A stretch of DNA of 64,000 nucleotides from Candidatus Bathyarchaeota archaeon (GCA_963826715.1 CAWGYA010000006.1:1-64000); one strand, 5' to 3'. Positions 39,463-50,421 are shown, counted from the first letter of the stretch. Translations and numbers: made by a program. The notes: generated by a model from the letters alone, not told the origin.

Positions 39463-42400
39463 CTACTGCCGCGGTAGCAGATCCACATACTCAGGATTTA
39501 CTTCACCGTGCTTGCTAAGAAGTATCTGGTTTATTTTTCGCCATTCACCGCTAATGCTTGGCCAGATAGGTCCGGCGATTATACTTTTCTTAACATACTC
39601 ATCTAAGGCCCCCTCCCGCTTGAGCATTCTTGTCTTCCAATCCACACTAATTAAATTCGAGCGACGCAAATACTGGATATTGCGGGCCATCTGATTTTGG
39701 TTAATCGGGTAAGCAAGAGCGCTGTTTAAGTCATCAGCTAAGGATTCAATAGAAAACTCTTCTTCCGCACGCAAACTAATAGCAGCTATCATATCCTGCA
39801 TTAGCTTCGCGGTTCGGGTCACATAGAAAGCGCGTTTCGGCATCAGCACTTGCTCAAGGCGATAAGCGTGACGCTTGTAAAACCAACCTTTGACCAATTC
39901 AGCCACCAATAAGTAAGCACCTAAAAGCAATGCCAAAACAGCATAGAACAACAGGGGAGGCGCCACGAATCCAAAGATTTCACCAAGCGGAGTAAAGGGC
40001 ACAAGCATTGCAAAGGAAATGATAGCTATACTACTGATTACAAGATATTTACTTGGCTTACTCTTCCAAAAAGGCCGACGTCTAGTCCGTATGACAAAGA
40101 CAACTAGAATTTGTGAAACAAGAGATTCGATGAACCACGCCGTCTGAAACAGATGTTCCGGATATCTTGGGTCAGCTAGCAACGCTACAGGAATTATGGG
40201 TAAGAAAACAAAAAGCATGCTAAAGAAAGTTAAAAAGTCAAAGAGTGAACTGACAGGACCAAGAGAAATCATAAATCGCCTAATGAAAGTGATGTCCCAA
40301 CGTTTAGGGCGCTCAACATATTCGTCGTCAACCTTGTCGGTTGTAATCGTTGATTGAGAGAAATCATAGAGCAGATTGTTCAACAAAATTTGTACGGGAA
40401 GCATGGGCAGAAAAGGCAGAAAAATGGCCGCGGCTGCGACGCTAAACATGTTACCAAAGTTTGAACTGACACCTATCATGATGTATTTCATTGTGTTACC
40501 GAAAGTCTTTCGACCCTCTAAGACACCTTCTGCGAGCACAGTTAGGTCATTTCGGGAGAGAATGATATCCGCAGATTCTCGCGCCACATCAACCGCATTA
40601 TCAACCGAGATTCCTACATCGCTTGATTTGAGTGAAGGCGCATCATTGATGCCATCGCCCATATAACCGACAACATGCCCATTCTTTTTGAGAAGCGTGA
40701 TGATGCGATCTTTCTGAACAGGATTAACGCGACAAAAAACATTAGCTTCCTCCACAATCGCCATCAAAGCCTCATCAGTAATATTTGCTATTTCACTACC
40801 TAAAGCGACACCTTTAATTTCAAAACCTAACTCATCGCAAACTTTGCGTGTAACAAGTTCGTTATCGCCCGTTACAATCTTAAGTTCTATTCCTGCTTTA
40901 CTAAGTAACCCAAGGGATTGCTTTGCGGTTTCTTTGGGCGGATCCAAAAAAGCCACAAAACCCAAGAAAACCATTTCTTTTTCATCATTAATGGAGTAAA
41001 CAGCTTTGTCTTCTTTTAACCGCTTATACGCAACCCCGAGAACACGTAGACCCTCAACGCTATAATCATGATATTTCTGCTCGATTTTTTTGCGGGTTTC
41101 TTCATTTAGATCAGAAATTACTCTATCAAGTTCATAGTAAGAGCAAACCTTTAGAATTTCTTCTGGCGCACCTTTGGCAATAAAGAATCTTTCCTCTTCA
41201 CATTCAACCACGACAGAAACACGGCGGCGAATAAAGTCAAAGGGCACCTCATCAATTTTCTGATATTTTGAAACGTCAACTTCTTTGTGCTTTAAAATAG
41301 CCTCATCAAGGGGACTGCGTAATCCAGTTTGAAAGTTACTGTTTAAAAAGGAGTACATGAAGACTTTTTCATCTTCCTCACCCTCCAAATTTACGTTTAA
41401 GATGAGTTTTATACGGTTTTCAGTAAGCGTCCCTGTTTTGTCGGTGCAGAGCACGTTCATGCTCCCGAAGTTCTCAATGGCAGTAAGGCGCTTGACAATA
41501 ACCCCCTTCTTGGACATTGCCATGGCACCACGAGAAAGGTTAATTGTGATAATCATCGGCAACAATTCAGGAGTTAAACCTACAGCAAGCGCCACCGCAA
41601 AAAGCAGCGCACTCACAACACCGGTATCAGTAGGGTTACGGAGCGAAATTGTTAGAAACACAAAAATAACTAACAGGAACGTAACTTGCATAATTAGAAA
41701 ACCAAAACCCTTGATTCCCCGCTCAAACTCAGTTTCGGGTGATTTCTCTGTCAGTTTCTTGGCTATTTTACCATATTCAGTGGCACTCCCTGTTTTAACC
41801 ACAACAGCTGATGCTGTGCCGCTGACCGCTGACGTCCCCATGAAGCAGTAGTTGCTCCAGTCAACTGTTGACCCTGTTTTAGCTTTCACGGAGTTAGAAG
41901 TTTTTTCAACAGGGAATGATTCACCTGTCAAAGCGGATTGGTTGATGAAAAGGTCTTTGGCGCTAATTACGCGACAATCAGCAGGTGCAATGTCACCGGC
42001 GGATAGAAAAATCACATCGCCGGGAACAAGCTCAGGCAGCTTTATCTCCTGCCTTATCCCATCGCGGAATACAGTGGCGGTTGAGGTAACTTTCTGTTTT
42101 AAAAGTTGAGCAGCCTTCTCCGCCTTATTTTCCTGGTAATAATCTAAAATTACACTAACAAAAATAATCGTGAAGATAATTGAGGTATTAGCGATTTCGC
42201 CAAGGTAACCTGAAACTAACCCCGCAATTAAAAGTATGATTACTAAGGGGCTTTTGAAATGCAGCAGAAATTCTTTAACTGCAGAGTGTTTGTGTTGGCG
42301 CGCAAGCTCATTTGGGCCATAGTATTCAAGGCGCTCAATCGCTTGCTCTGAGCTGAGTCCTTGCGGAAAAGTTTCTAGACGACTTAAAAGTTCCTCAATC

Positions 42401-42495
42401 GGCAACGTCACGAGTTCTTCGCTGGTGAAAGCTGACTTCATGTTGGCAGCTGCATCTCCATTTTTATTGTTGCCGTTCTGGATTGGTTTTGCCAT
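39463..42495 (-). CDS. mgtA: Mg2+-translocating P-type ATPase with C-terminal extension
   Basis: TGES, AVGLTPELLP, DKTGT, GDGIND, SSNFGN, NNLLYDFSQ, FQTAWFIES. Confidence 0.92.
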   Translation of the reverse strand: MAKPIQNGNNKNGDAAANMKSAFTSEELVTLPIEELLSRLETFPQGLSSEQAIERLEYYGPNELARQHKHSAVKEFLLHFKSPLVIILLIAGLVSGYLGEIANTSIIFTIIFVSVILDYYQENKAEKAAQLLKQKVTSTATVFRDGIRQEIKLPELVPGDVIFLSAGDIAPADCRVISAKDLFINQSALTGESFPVEKTSNSVKAKTGSTVDWSNYCFMGTSAVSGTASAVVVKTGSATEYGKIAKKLTEKSPETEFERGIKGFGFLIMQVTFLLVIFVFLTISLRNPTDTGVVSALLFAVALAVGLTPELLPMIITINLSRGAMAMSKKGVIVKRLTAIENFGSMNVLCTDKTGTLTENRIKLILNVNLEGEEDEKVFMYSFLNSNFQTGLRSPLDEAILKHKEVDVSKYQKIDEVPFDFIRRRVSVVVECEEERFFIAKGAPEEILKVCSYYELDRVISDLNEETRKKIEQKYHDYSVEGLRVLGVAYKRLKEDKAVYSINDEKEMVFLGFVAFLDPPKETAKQSLGLLSKAGIELKIVTGDNELVTRKVCDELGFEIKGVALGSEIANITDEALMAIVEEANVFCRVNPVQKDRIITLLKKNGHVVGYMGDGINDAPSLKSSDVGISVDNAVDVARESADIILSRNDLTVLAEGVLEGRKTFGNTMKYIMIGVSSNFGNMFSVAAAAIFLPFLPMLPVQILLNNLLYDFSQSTITTDKVDDEYVERPKRWDITFIRRFMISLGPVSSLFDFLTFFSMLFVFLPIIPVALLADPRYPEHLFQTAWFIESLVSQILVVFVIRTRRRPFWKSKPSKYLVISSIAIISFAMLVPFTPLGEIFGFVAPPLLFYAVLALLLGAYLLVAELVKGWFYKRHAYRLEQVLMPKRAFYVTRTAKLMQDMIAAISLRAEEEFSIESLADDLNSALAYPINQNQMARNIQYLRRSNLISVDWKTRMLKREGALDEYVKKSIIAGPIWPSISGEWRKINQILLSKHGEVNPEYVDLLPRQ

Positions 42496-42657
42496 GAAGC
42501 CCACTCCTTTGAAGCCTAAAGTAGAACACACTACTTTTAAAGGGGTTTCTCAATCCCCAACTGGTGTTCCCTGAAACTAAAAAGAACAGCAACCTCTGCA
42601 CGGTTTATTGTTTTCGGTAAAAATTCATGTAGGTAGCCGAAATCAGGGCATTTTCAG

Positions 42658-43404
42658 CTACTTCCATTTGGTTAGGATTTCTTCTCTTTGGAAAGTTGCC
42701 TTACTCAAATAGAATAACCCTAAATCCGCAGCGGCTAAAGCGACTGTAACAATTAACGCCAACCAAATGGTTGCAGAGAATATTGAACCAAGCAGCACCA
42801 CTAAAACCAAGGGCATAACCACTATCCCCCCTAACTGCTGAGCAGCTCTGATGTCGTTTACTCTGGAAGAGACAATAACATTCGTTAAAACGCTCAAAAT
42901 GCACCCTAACGGTGCTATAGCAAAAGTTGTTAGCGCCCAGTTCCAATTAGGTATCAAAGGTATGCCGATGGTGTTATACGACCAAATGTCAATTATAGGG
43001 GCAAGTATGGCTGCAGCTATGAATGTAACTGCCATGCAAGGTAGAAATGAGGCCAAGCATTTACCAAGTAACAATTCACCGTCAGTTGTCGGGGTTGCAA
43101 GCAAGGGCTCTAAGCTTTTCTCTATTTTTTCTCCAACTATGCTATAGGAGGCAATGATAGATGGTAATACAACTGGTACAAGAACAAGGTACATAGAAGC
43201 CAAACCTCCAACTTGGATAACTGTCTGATAGAGCTCTTCACTTGTCATTTGACTGGCACTAGCTGCTATGGTCTGTGTAAGAAACAGAGGCAAAACAACG
43301 CCCAGTATAATAGGCATAGCAATTAGAGAGTAGAAAACGTACTTGTTTCGTCGGATTACACTAAGGTCTTTTTTAGTAACTATCCATGCTTTATAGAATC
43401 TCAT
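42658..43404 (-). CDS. ABC-2 permease
   Basis: SIVGEKIEKSLEPLLATP motif, about 6 TM segments. Confidence 0.88.
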   Translation of the reverse strand: MRFYKAWIVTKKDLSVIRRNKYVFYSLIAMPIILGVVLPLFLTQTIAASASQMTSEELYQTVIQVGGLASMYLVLVPVVLPSIIASYSIVGEKIEKSLEPLLATPTTDGELLLGKCLASFLPCMAVTFIAAAILAPIIDIWSYNTIGIPLIPNWNWALTTFAIAPLGCILSVLTNVIVSSRVNDIRAAQQLGGIVVMPLVLVVLLGSIFSATIWLALIVTVALAAADLGLFYLSKATFQREEILTKWK

Positions 43405-44330
43405 TGCGCTGGAACCTCCCGAATTAATTTCAAATAAACATCCTCAAGCGTAGAACGTAACTCAGTCACATACTGAACGTTGCCGCCTGCCAACACAATC
43501 GCCCGCACAACCTCAGGATTATCACGTTCAGGATTATCCATGTCCAATATCAGCTTGTTATCGCTTGGACGCACTTCTTTAACAACCCCAAGTTTTTTCA
43601 CCGCAGAAACAATCCCATCGGAAACACTGGAAAGGTGAACAATGGTTTTTCTGTGGTAAAGACTGCGCTCAAGATTCTTTGGAGAATCCACAGCAACGAG
43701 TTTGCCTTTAAGGATAGCGATGCGATCACAAAGACGTTCGGCCTCATCGAGATTATGAGTATTTAGGAATATGGTACGTTTCTCTTTTTTCAGGTCCAAA
43801 ATGAAGTCACGAACGGTTTTAGAAGCTTCAGGATCCAAGTTTGCGGTGGGTTCATCAAGAAATAGCAGTCGAGGGTCATGGATTAACGCACGAGCAATAG
43901 CAATTTTCTGTTTGGTGCCTTTGCTAAAAGTTCCTACTGCGTCTTCTCGGCGATCCCAGATATCCAGAAGCTTAAGGAGACGTTCGATGTTTTCTTTGCG
44001 TCTTGCCTCAGGAACCTCATAAAGTTGCCCATAGAAATCTAGATTGTGGTAAGCACTTAGGCTATCATATAGGCCTACGTTTTCAGGCAGAAAACCCACC
44101 ATTTTGCGGATTTTAAGGCAATCATCTTGGTTGCTAATGTTGTAGCCACCGATTGTAGCTTCGCCGCTGGTTTTGCTAATTAGGCAACAGAGCATGCGTA
44201 CAGTTGTCGTTTTGCCTGCACCATTGGGACCTAGAAAACCGAAGACTTCACCTTTTTCGACATGTAGGGTGACGTTGTCTACGGCAGTAAGATTGCCGAA
44301 TGTTCGCGTGAGGTTAGTGGTGTCTATCAT
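43401..44330 (-). CDS. ABC transporter ATP-binding protein
   Basis: GPNGAGKT, FSKG, LDEPT, NTH; start placed at MIDT. Confidence 0.92.
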   Translation of the reverse strand: MIDTTNLTRTFGNLTAVDNVTLHVEKGEVFGFLGPNGAGKTTTVRMLCCLISKTSGEATIGGYNISNQDDCLKIRKMVGFLPENVGLYDSLSAYHNLDFYGQLYEVPEARRKENIERLLKLLDIWDRREDAVGTFSKGTKQKIAIARALIHDPRLLFLDEPTANLDPEASKTVRDFILDLKKEKRTIFLNTHNLDEAERLCDRIAILKGKLVAVDSPKNLERSLYHRKTIVHLSSVSDGIVSAVKKLGVVKEVRPSDNKLILDMDNPERDNPEVVRAIVLAGGNVQYVTELRSTLEDVYLKLIREVPAQ

Positions 44331-44407
44331 TTTTATCCTATCCGCTGGAGAGGTGGTAGAGATTAATACGAATAAGTATTTAAATTCGGCGAAACCGTTT
44401 TCACTAT

Positions 44408-44929
44408 ATGAAACTAGTAAAAGTTCTCGACCCCCAAACCTCAAATCTTGTCAACGATTCCTTAAATCAAACTATTCTCCGAGAACTCGTAACTAAACCC
44501 TTCTCAACATCTGACCTCGCCTCAAAACTCAAAGTACCCAAACTTAGCATATGGCGCCGTATACAAAAACTCCAAAAAGCAGACCTCATTGAGCTCGCAG
44601 ACACCCAAAAAGTCGGCAACCTAGAAAAGAAACTATACCGGGCAGTCGCCGCCTGGTATACGCCACAGCAACTCTTTAACTTTAAACCCAAAGACGTTAA
44701 CCTAAAAGAAGCGTTTGAAATCTATCAAGGCATTCAAAACCGAATGATAGCGCAGGTAGCTACCTACAATGAAATCCCCAAAAATGCCGAACCAGTCGAT
44801 TTTTCGCTGTTCGTTAACATGTTAGTATTTGCGGAAGTCTGTGGAAGACCCGAAGTGCAAGCAAAAATTGTGGAATTAAAAGAAAGACTTGCTCAATTTA
44901 AGTTGCAACAAACAAAGCAGTTTTTCTAA
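44408..44929 (+). CDS. ArsR-like wHTH regulator divergent from the ABC operon
   Basis: STSDLASKLKVPKLSIWRRIQKLQKADLIE...GNLEKKLYRA; TTTCA-CTATA-TGAAA inverted repeat overlaps the start. Confidence 0.82.
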   Translation: MKLVKVLDPQTSNLVNDSLNQTILRELVTKPFSTSDLASKLKVPKLSIWRRIQKLQKADLIELADTQKVGNLEKKLYRAVAAWYTPQQLFNFKPKDVNLKEAFEIYQGIQNRMIAQVATYNEIPKNAEPVDFSLFVNMLVFAEVCGRPEVQAKIVELKERLAQFKLQQTKQFF

Positions 44930-45288
44930 GGTTTCTCGTATTTAGAGTCTTCAATTCGTTTATTTTCCAACTCTTCATCGGTTAAGCTTGATGTTCCCTG
45001 TTGTCTTGGTTCATTGGGAGGATAATTAATGGGGTTTTTAACGTAAGTATTCATGAAGCTGGATTTACTGCAGGAGGGACATCGTAACTGCTTAATTGGT
45101 CCTATATGAATTCCCGAGAAGCTATGGGAGGCATCAAATACCGCCCCGCATTTTTGGCACTTCGCCCTCATCATACCCGGATGCTTGATCATATATAGAC
45201 GAAGAAAAATAGTCGCAGCCAAAACTACTCCAACTACAGCTATACCCACATAGGGATTGTTAGTTAAGTCGGATAGTATTTGAACCAT
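44926..45288 (-). CDS. Membrane-anchored zinc-ribbon protein
   Basis: TM helix, CQKC...HIGP...CPSC, tail ELENKRIEDSKYEK. Confidence 0.75.
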   Translation of the reverse strand: MVQILSDLTNNPYVGIAVVGVVLAATIFLRLYMIKHPGMMRAKCQKCGAVFDASHSFSGIHIGPIKQLRCPSCSKSSFMNTYVKNPINYPPNEPRQQGTSSLTDEELENKRIEDSKYEKP

Positions 45289-45301
45289 CGATCATCGCAG
45301 C

Positions 45302-45568
45302 TTAGGTTGCCTTTTCATATTTTGAGTCCTCGATGCGTTTGCGCTCAAGTTCATCTTCAGATAACTGCGGCGACTCTACCTGTTTCGCTTGAGCTTCAGG
45401 GGGCCACGTTACGGGATCCTTAACTGAGCTATAGATATTCATCCAACTTCTTTTTCCGCATGCGGGACATTTAATGTAATTAAGCGGACCAATATGTGGC
45501 GCCATCGCTGCACCAGCATATCCCTGTTCGAATACATTGCCGCATTTTTTACATTTCACTCTGGTCAT
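45302..45568 (-). CDS. Soluble zinc-ribbon protein, paralog of the previous gene
   Basis: CKKC...HIGP...CPAC, tail ELERKRIEDSKYEK. Confidence 0.75.
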   Translation of the reverse strand: MTRVKCKKCGNVFEQGYAGAAMAPHIGPLNYIKCPACGKRSWMNIYSSVKDPVTWPPEAQAKQVESPQLSEDELERKRIEDSKYEKAT

Positions 45569-45677
45569 GACTAATCACGATTTAGTTTGTACGGAGAGTA
45601 TTAAGGATTTTACAATAAATAATTGAAAATCCCCAAGAGCAACATTAACCTATGTAAGCTTTTTTAGAAGCTTCCGA

Positions 45678-46931
45678 TTGACTTGTCCTATGTCAGCCCA
45701 TCTAGTTTGGCGCAGAAGAACCCTACCCAACGGCTTAACAACCATAGTTTATCCAAGACAAAACGCAAACACCACCCAGCTTTCCCTTGCCGTAAAATAC
45801 GGTTCCATCCAAGAACCAAAAAAAGTCGCAGGAATCGCTCATTTCCTAGAACATATGTTAGCCGGTGGCTCAGCACAAAAAATCAAACGGTCTCGAAGCA
45901 TCGAAGAAGCCGGAGGTATCTTGGACCTCTACACGGACCGCGAACACGTTTTAGGTGTGGCCGACGTTTTGCCCCAAAAAATCACGGAAGCCGCGCGGAT
46001 TCTCTCTGACTTATTCTTCACCGGCGGATTTGAAAAGGAAAAATTCGAGCTTGAACGCAAAATAATACTTAATGAATTAGCCGAAGTAGCTGACGACCCA
46101 ACTGTAAAAATCGAGGAATTACTCATGGAAAGCCTCTACAAGCGCCACCCCATCAGCCGCCCCGTCGGCGGCTACCCCAGAACTATTAAAAAGCTCACAA
46201 TTAACCAACTCGAGACAGAACATAAACACAATTACATACCAAAAAATATGATTCTGGTTTTAACAGGCAAAGTCGATGAAGTTGAAGAAAAAGAGGTTTT
46301 GGATACCTTCAAAGACCACTACGCCCCAGATAATCCTCCCGAACCGACACATCCCCCTGAATCGAAAAAACCTAAAGCGGTGGTAGTTGATGAAAAAGCT
46401 GGAATTACACAAACCTACCTCTCTATCGGCGCCCGTACCGTTTGCGCCACCGACAAAAAAGCACCTGTCTTGGATTTAACCGCCACCATCTTAGGTGGTG
46501 GTACTAGTTCGCGACTCTTCATTGAGCTTCGGGAAAAACACGCGGTAACCTATGATGTAAGTTCAGCACATTGCAAAGGTAAAGATTTCGGCTATTTCAG
46601 CATAAATTGCGCAGTTAATAACCGAAAAGTGGAGAAAACTAGAAAACTCATTTTTAAGGAACTGACGGATTTGAGCAAGCTTAAAGTTTCAGAGGTGGAA
46701 TTGGAACGTTCCAAAGCGATTATGCTCGGCAGCGTATTACGGGGCTTGGATGACCCTCGGGGCACATCTGAAATCATCACTTATATGGAAATGCAGTTTG
46801 GCAGCGCCTTGGGCCTGAAGGATTATGTAGATAAAGTAAAGGCGGTTACAAGTGAGGACATTAGGGAAGCAGTATTAGATACCCTCAATGAAAACAGCCT
46901 CTGCAGTGTTATCCTAAAACCCATAAAATAA
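45678..46931 (+). CDS. M16 family zinc peptidase
   Basis: GIAHFLEHM (HxxEH), SSRLFIELREK. Confidence 0.9.
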   Translation: MTCPMSAHLVWRRRTLPNGLTTIVYPRQNANTTQLSLAVKYGSIQEPKKVAGIAHFLEHMLAGGSAQKIKRSRSIEEAGGILDLYTDREHVLGVADVLPQKITEAARILSDLFFTGGFEKEKFELERKIILNELAEVADDPTVKIEELLMESLYKRHPISRPVGGYPRTIKKLTINQLETEHKHNYIPKNMILVLTGKVDEVEEKEVLDTFKDHYAPDNPPEPTHPPESKKPKAVVVDEKAGITQTYLSIGARTVCATDKKAPVLDLTATILGGGTSSRLFIELREKHAVTYDVSSAHCKGKDFGYFSINCAVNNRKVEKTRKLIFKELTDLSKLKVSEVELERSKAIMLGSVLRGLDDPRGTSEIITYMEMQFGSALGLKDYVDKVKAVTSEDIREAVLDTLNENSLCSVILKPIK

Positions 46932-47246
46932 AAAAAGTTAAAATTAATAATATGCCGTTTGGCAAATACCAATGCTTTCGTTAGTGATCACCCAAAGATT
47001 CAAACTTATGAGCCTAAGCCCATAGGGGTAAGGGGAAAATAAAACCTCTACACGTCAGCATAATTATCTGCCAAACGTCGTCGCTTTCTCCTCGACAAGA
47101 GGATATAACCAAACAAAACGGTATAAGAATATGTGGTAGTATTCAACCAACCACAAAAAAGATTTTGTCTTAAAAATTCTGATTTTTCGCAAAATTCGTC
47201 AAGTGCAAAAAAAATAAAGGGTTGGGACAAAGTCCCTTGGTTTGTT

Positions 47247-49886
47247 TTATGGTCGTTTTCTGAGCAACAGAATGGTCACAACGAACATAATGGCCACGAA
47301 TATGAAAAGCCCAGCGATTGCTGGAACAAAGTACATATCAGCCATTGATGGGGGTTGAGTTGCCGGTGGAGCTGCTGTTGGCGCTGGCTCTGCTACGGTG
47401 AAAACGGTTTCCTGATATGACGGCCAGTAACCGTTTGTGCCTCCGAATGCTGCGATCACGTAGTATGTTCCTGATATGTCTGGTGTCCAGACAAGGTTAT
47501 AGTTGCCTTTTGAATCAGTCATTGCAGTGCCAATGTCTCTGTAGTTACCGTTTGCATCTACTACACTGATGCCAACTTCAACTCCTTGGAAGGTGCTGGG
47601 CAATGGTTGCTGCTGGTAGATATAACTCATCCAATCGCCCATGTTTGCATCAGAGGAGACTGGTACGCCGTCTGGGAAGCGGGCTGCTTGTTCAATTTGA
47701 GCTGTTCCGGCTGAGAGATCAGTGACAGATCCTTCGATGATTACTGCGCTGCCAAGAACTGAAGCTTTGGGTCCAGCTTGTACTGTGGTGTAACTTGGTC
47801 CTCTGCCTAGAGTGTAGATTTGGTGGTCGTAGCTGTTGAAGAAGTTAGTGTAGCCGTCTGCAATAGCAAAGCTTTCGCCAGCGAATTCACCGGTGGCTGC
47901 GGGTAGAGTAAAGATTTCTGTTCCGTCTGTTGCATTGACTGCTCGCAATAATGCTCCTTTGTAGATTGGAGTTTGGAAAGTGTGTTCTGAAGTTACCAGA
48001 TATACCACCCCATTACCTATTGCGTTGATGAAGGTTGGATATGGTCCGGGAACTTGGAATCCGCTGTTTGTGGTGTTGCCGGGGGTGTTACCGTTTCCGT
48101 AGGTCCAAAGTACATTGCCAGTTGACATGTCATAGCAATAGAGTATGCCTGAGTAGGCACTGCTGTAGCATCGACCGTAAGCTACAACGTTAGACAATGA
48201 GCCAGGTCCGTTGCTACCATAATAGTCAAGTGCCGCTTGTGGTTCTGCAACTTTAATGAGTGCACCTGTGCGCAGATTGAAGAATGCAAATTGTTGAGTC
48301 TGTCTGTATGATTCGCAGAAGTATCCTGAGGGGTCAAGTCCAGCAAATGAGACTGTTGTGATATTGCCAGGGGGGTTGTTTACGTTTTGTCTCCAAAGAA
48401 CCGAGCCGATCATGCCTTTAGATGCATTGAGGTTGACTGCAAAGTATGTGTAGTATGTAGAGGATCCGCCTAGTGATGGGTATGAACCGTTTCTGCAAAG
48501 CAGAATATCACCGTAGATCGCGCCGAGAATGCTCGGGTTATTCGGCATTGTATTGCGCCAAGATATTGATTGGTTTTGGGTTGTTGGGTTAATCCAGTCG
48601 TACATAAAGCCGCTATTTGCTTGGATGTAAGTGCCCGTTTCATCCGTAGTTGTCATGTAATTGAGTGCGCCCATAATTGCTTGGCTCCAGAATCTGCTAG
48701 AATTCCATTGATACAGAATCCAGTCTGGGTTAGTGTTGTTGCCTTGGTTATAGAAGTTGTATTTTATCATCTCACCGCTAGGTCCAATCACACTTGTTCC
48801 AGAGGGAACATTGGTTACGTTGAATATCCAGTTGCCTGTGGCAGCATCGAAGACTTGCCCAAAGTTACTTGTGCAAAGGAATGCGGGTCTGGTTCCGTGG
48901 TAGTCGGGAGTATCCATGTCCTGTATGTAAGCAAACGAGAATGTTGGTAGGTCGCTTCGTCTCCAAATTTCTTGGCCTGTAACGAGGTCAACGCAGACGG
49001 TTGGTAAGATAAGACCAGCAGGAGCGCGGAATCCCATTGAGCCTGTAACCGAGAAGGGTTCTTGGTAGTAGATTCTTCCGTTTACGATTATTGGGTTTAC
49101 ATATCTTTGAGAGTAAGCAGTTCCTTCAAACCATGTATCACCTGGCACTTCTGAGAGGCTTCCGCCTACGACTCCGCCGATTTGACCATCCGGCTTAGTC
49201 CACATAATGTGAGAAGTCTGTGAACCAATGGCGTCTGGTGCAAACTGTCTTTGGTTTGGTCCGTTAGAGCCTCCATATCCTGGCATCCCACTACCTAACC
49301 AGTTCGAACTAATCGACCACCACATACTGTTTTGCCCAAAGATTGGTCTAGTCCAGAATTCAGATGGAAGTGGTGATAGCGGTATGTACGAGATTTGTTC
49401 GTCTTGAACTGTCAGAGTTGTTGTGGCATTGCTTGGTAGGAAGTAGTCGTTGAGGTACGCAGAGGTTGGAGAGTGTGAATAATCATTGACTTTTTGTCCG
49501 TCGAAAATAAATTGTAATGTATAGTCGCCTACTTGGTCAGGGGTAAAGGTTGCAATTTGGTTTGAGGTTGTGTCCCAAACGGTCTCAAATGTTTGGGTAG
49601 TTTTAGTGCCGTCGGGGGCTGTGATGACAAGTTTGTAATTGTGGAATCTGTAATCATTTTCGATGTTTGTATCAGGGTAGGTTGGTGTTAGAAACAGGTA
49701 TATAGGCTCTTGCTGTCCTATGCCGATTGGGTTTATTGTGGCGTATATATGCGCAAACGTTGGAACCTCCCATGAAGGTGTATGTGCTGCGGCGTCTGGC
49801 ATCATAATTGCTGAAGCTGATATCGATACAATAAGCAATATTGCAATACTAATAGTAGATAATTTTCTAAAATATTTTGTTTGCAT
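47247..49886 (-). CDS. Large secreted PQQ-like beta-propeller surface protein with C-terminal anchor
   Basis: Signal peptide; repeated D..TG..(I/L)W blades; YWPS motif; PT linker, TM helix, LRKRP. Confidence 0.8.
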   Translation of the reverse strand: MQTKYFRKLSTISIAILLIVSISASAIMMPDAAAHTPSWEVPTFAHIYATINPIGIGQQEPIYLFLTPTYPDTNIENDYRFHNYKLVITAPDGTKTTQTFETVWDTTSNQIATFTPDQVGDYTLQFIFDGQKVNDYSHSPTSAYLNDYFLPSNATTTLTVQDEQISYIPLSPLPSEFWTRPIFGQNSMWWSISSNWLGSGMPGYGGSNGPNQRQFAPDAIGSQTSHIMWTKPDGQIGGVVGGSLSEVPGDTWFEGTAYSQRYVNPIIVNGRIYYQEPFSVTGSMGFRAPAGLILPTVCVDLVTGQEIWRRSDLPTFSFAYIQDMDTPDYHGTRPAFLCTSNFGQVFDAATGNWIFNVTNVPSGTSVIGPSGEMIKYNFYNQGNNTNPDWILYQWNSSRFWSQAIMGALNYMTTTDETGTYIQANSGFMYDWINPTTQNQSISWRNTMPNNPSILGAIYGDILLCRNGSYPSLGGSSTYYTYFAVNLNASKGMIGSVLWRQNVNNPPGNITTVSFAGLDPSGYFCESYRQTQQFAFFNLRTGALIKVAEPQAALDYYGSNGPGSLSNVVAYGRCYSSAYSGILYCYDMSTGNVLWTYGNGNTPGNTTNSGFQVPGPYPTFINAIGNGVVYLVTSEHTFQTPIYKGALLRAVNATDGTEIFTLPAATGEFAGESFAIADGYTNFFNSYDHQIYTLGRGPSYTTVQAGPKASVLGSAVIIEGSVTDLSAGTAQIEQAARFPDGVPVSSDANMGDWMSYIYQQQPLPSTFQGVEVGISVVDANGNYRDIGTAMTDSKGNYNLVWTPDISGTYYVIAAFGGTNGYWPSYQETVFTVAEPAPTAAPPATQPPSMADMYFVPAIAGLFIFVAIMFVVTILLLRKRP

Positions 49887-50112
49887 TTTTTCGTTTCCTG
49901 AATTTTTGTAATTGCCTATATCGTTCCATTTTGTTTATAAATTTATGGTAAAAGCGTTTTAAGATTAGCAATTTTACTCTTAGTATTGTAATATATTGGA
50001 CGGTTAATTATGTAAAGAACAGTTTTTTTGGGAAATCAAATTGTATTTCGTCAGCTTTTTTCTTTAAATATTAGAGTTATTTGCTTTCTAAGCAAAAGAG
50101 GACACGATACAA

Positions 50113-50421
50113 ATGCAACTAGAAGAGATGAAAAAGGAAATCGAAAAACTCGTCTTATCCAAAGGTTTTTACAACCGCCCCGAAGACATTCCCAAAAAAC
50201 TGCTCTTCGCATTCATAGAGCTAGGCGAAGCCAGCGACGCATGGAAAAAAGGGATGTCACAAGAGAAAATCGCCGAGGAATTAATCGATGTGCTCTTCTA
50301 CATCCTAGACACCAGCCGATTAGCCTGCCCAGACCTGAATATGGACGAAGTATTCCAGAAAAAACTTGAGAAGAATCTAAACCGGCCCTTCCAATATGGG
50401 GAGGGACACCGCCAAAAATAG
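50113..50421 (+). CDS. MazG-like NTP pyrophosphohydrolase
   Basis: ELGEASDAWKK...AEELIDVLFY. Confidence 0.85.
   Translation: MQLEEMKKEIEKLVLSKGFYNRPEDIPKKLLFAFIELGEASDAWKKGMSQEKIAEELIDVLFYILDTSRLACPDLNMDEVFQKKLEKNLNRPFQYGEGHRQK

Noticed and set aside
42496-42657. Mg-sensing riboswitch upstream of mgtA
   Set aside because: A TATA-like TTTAAA lies ~45 nt from the start, leaving little leader, and no M-box-like structure was seen
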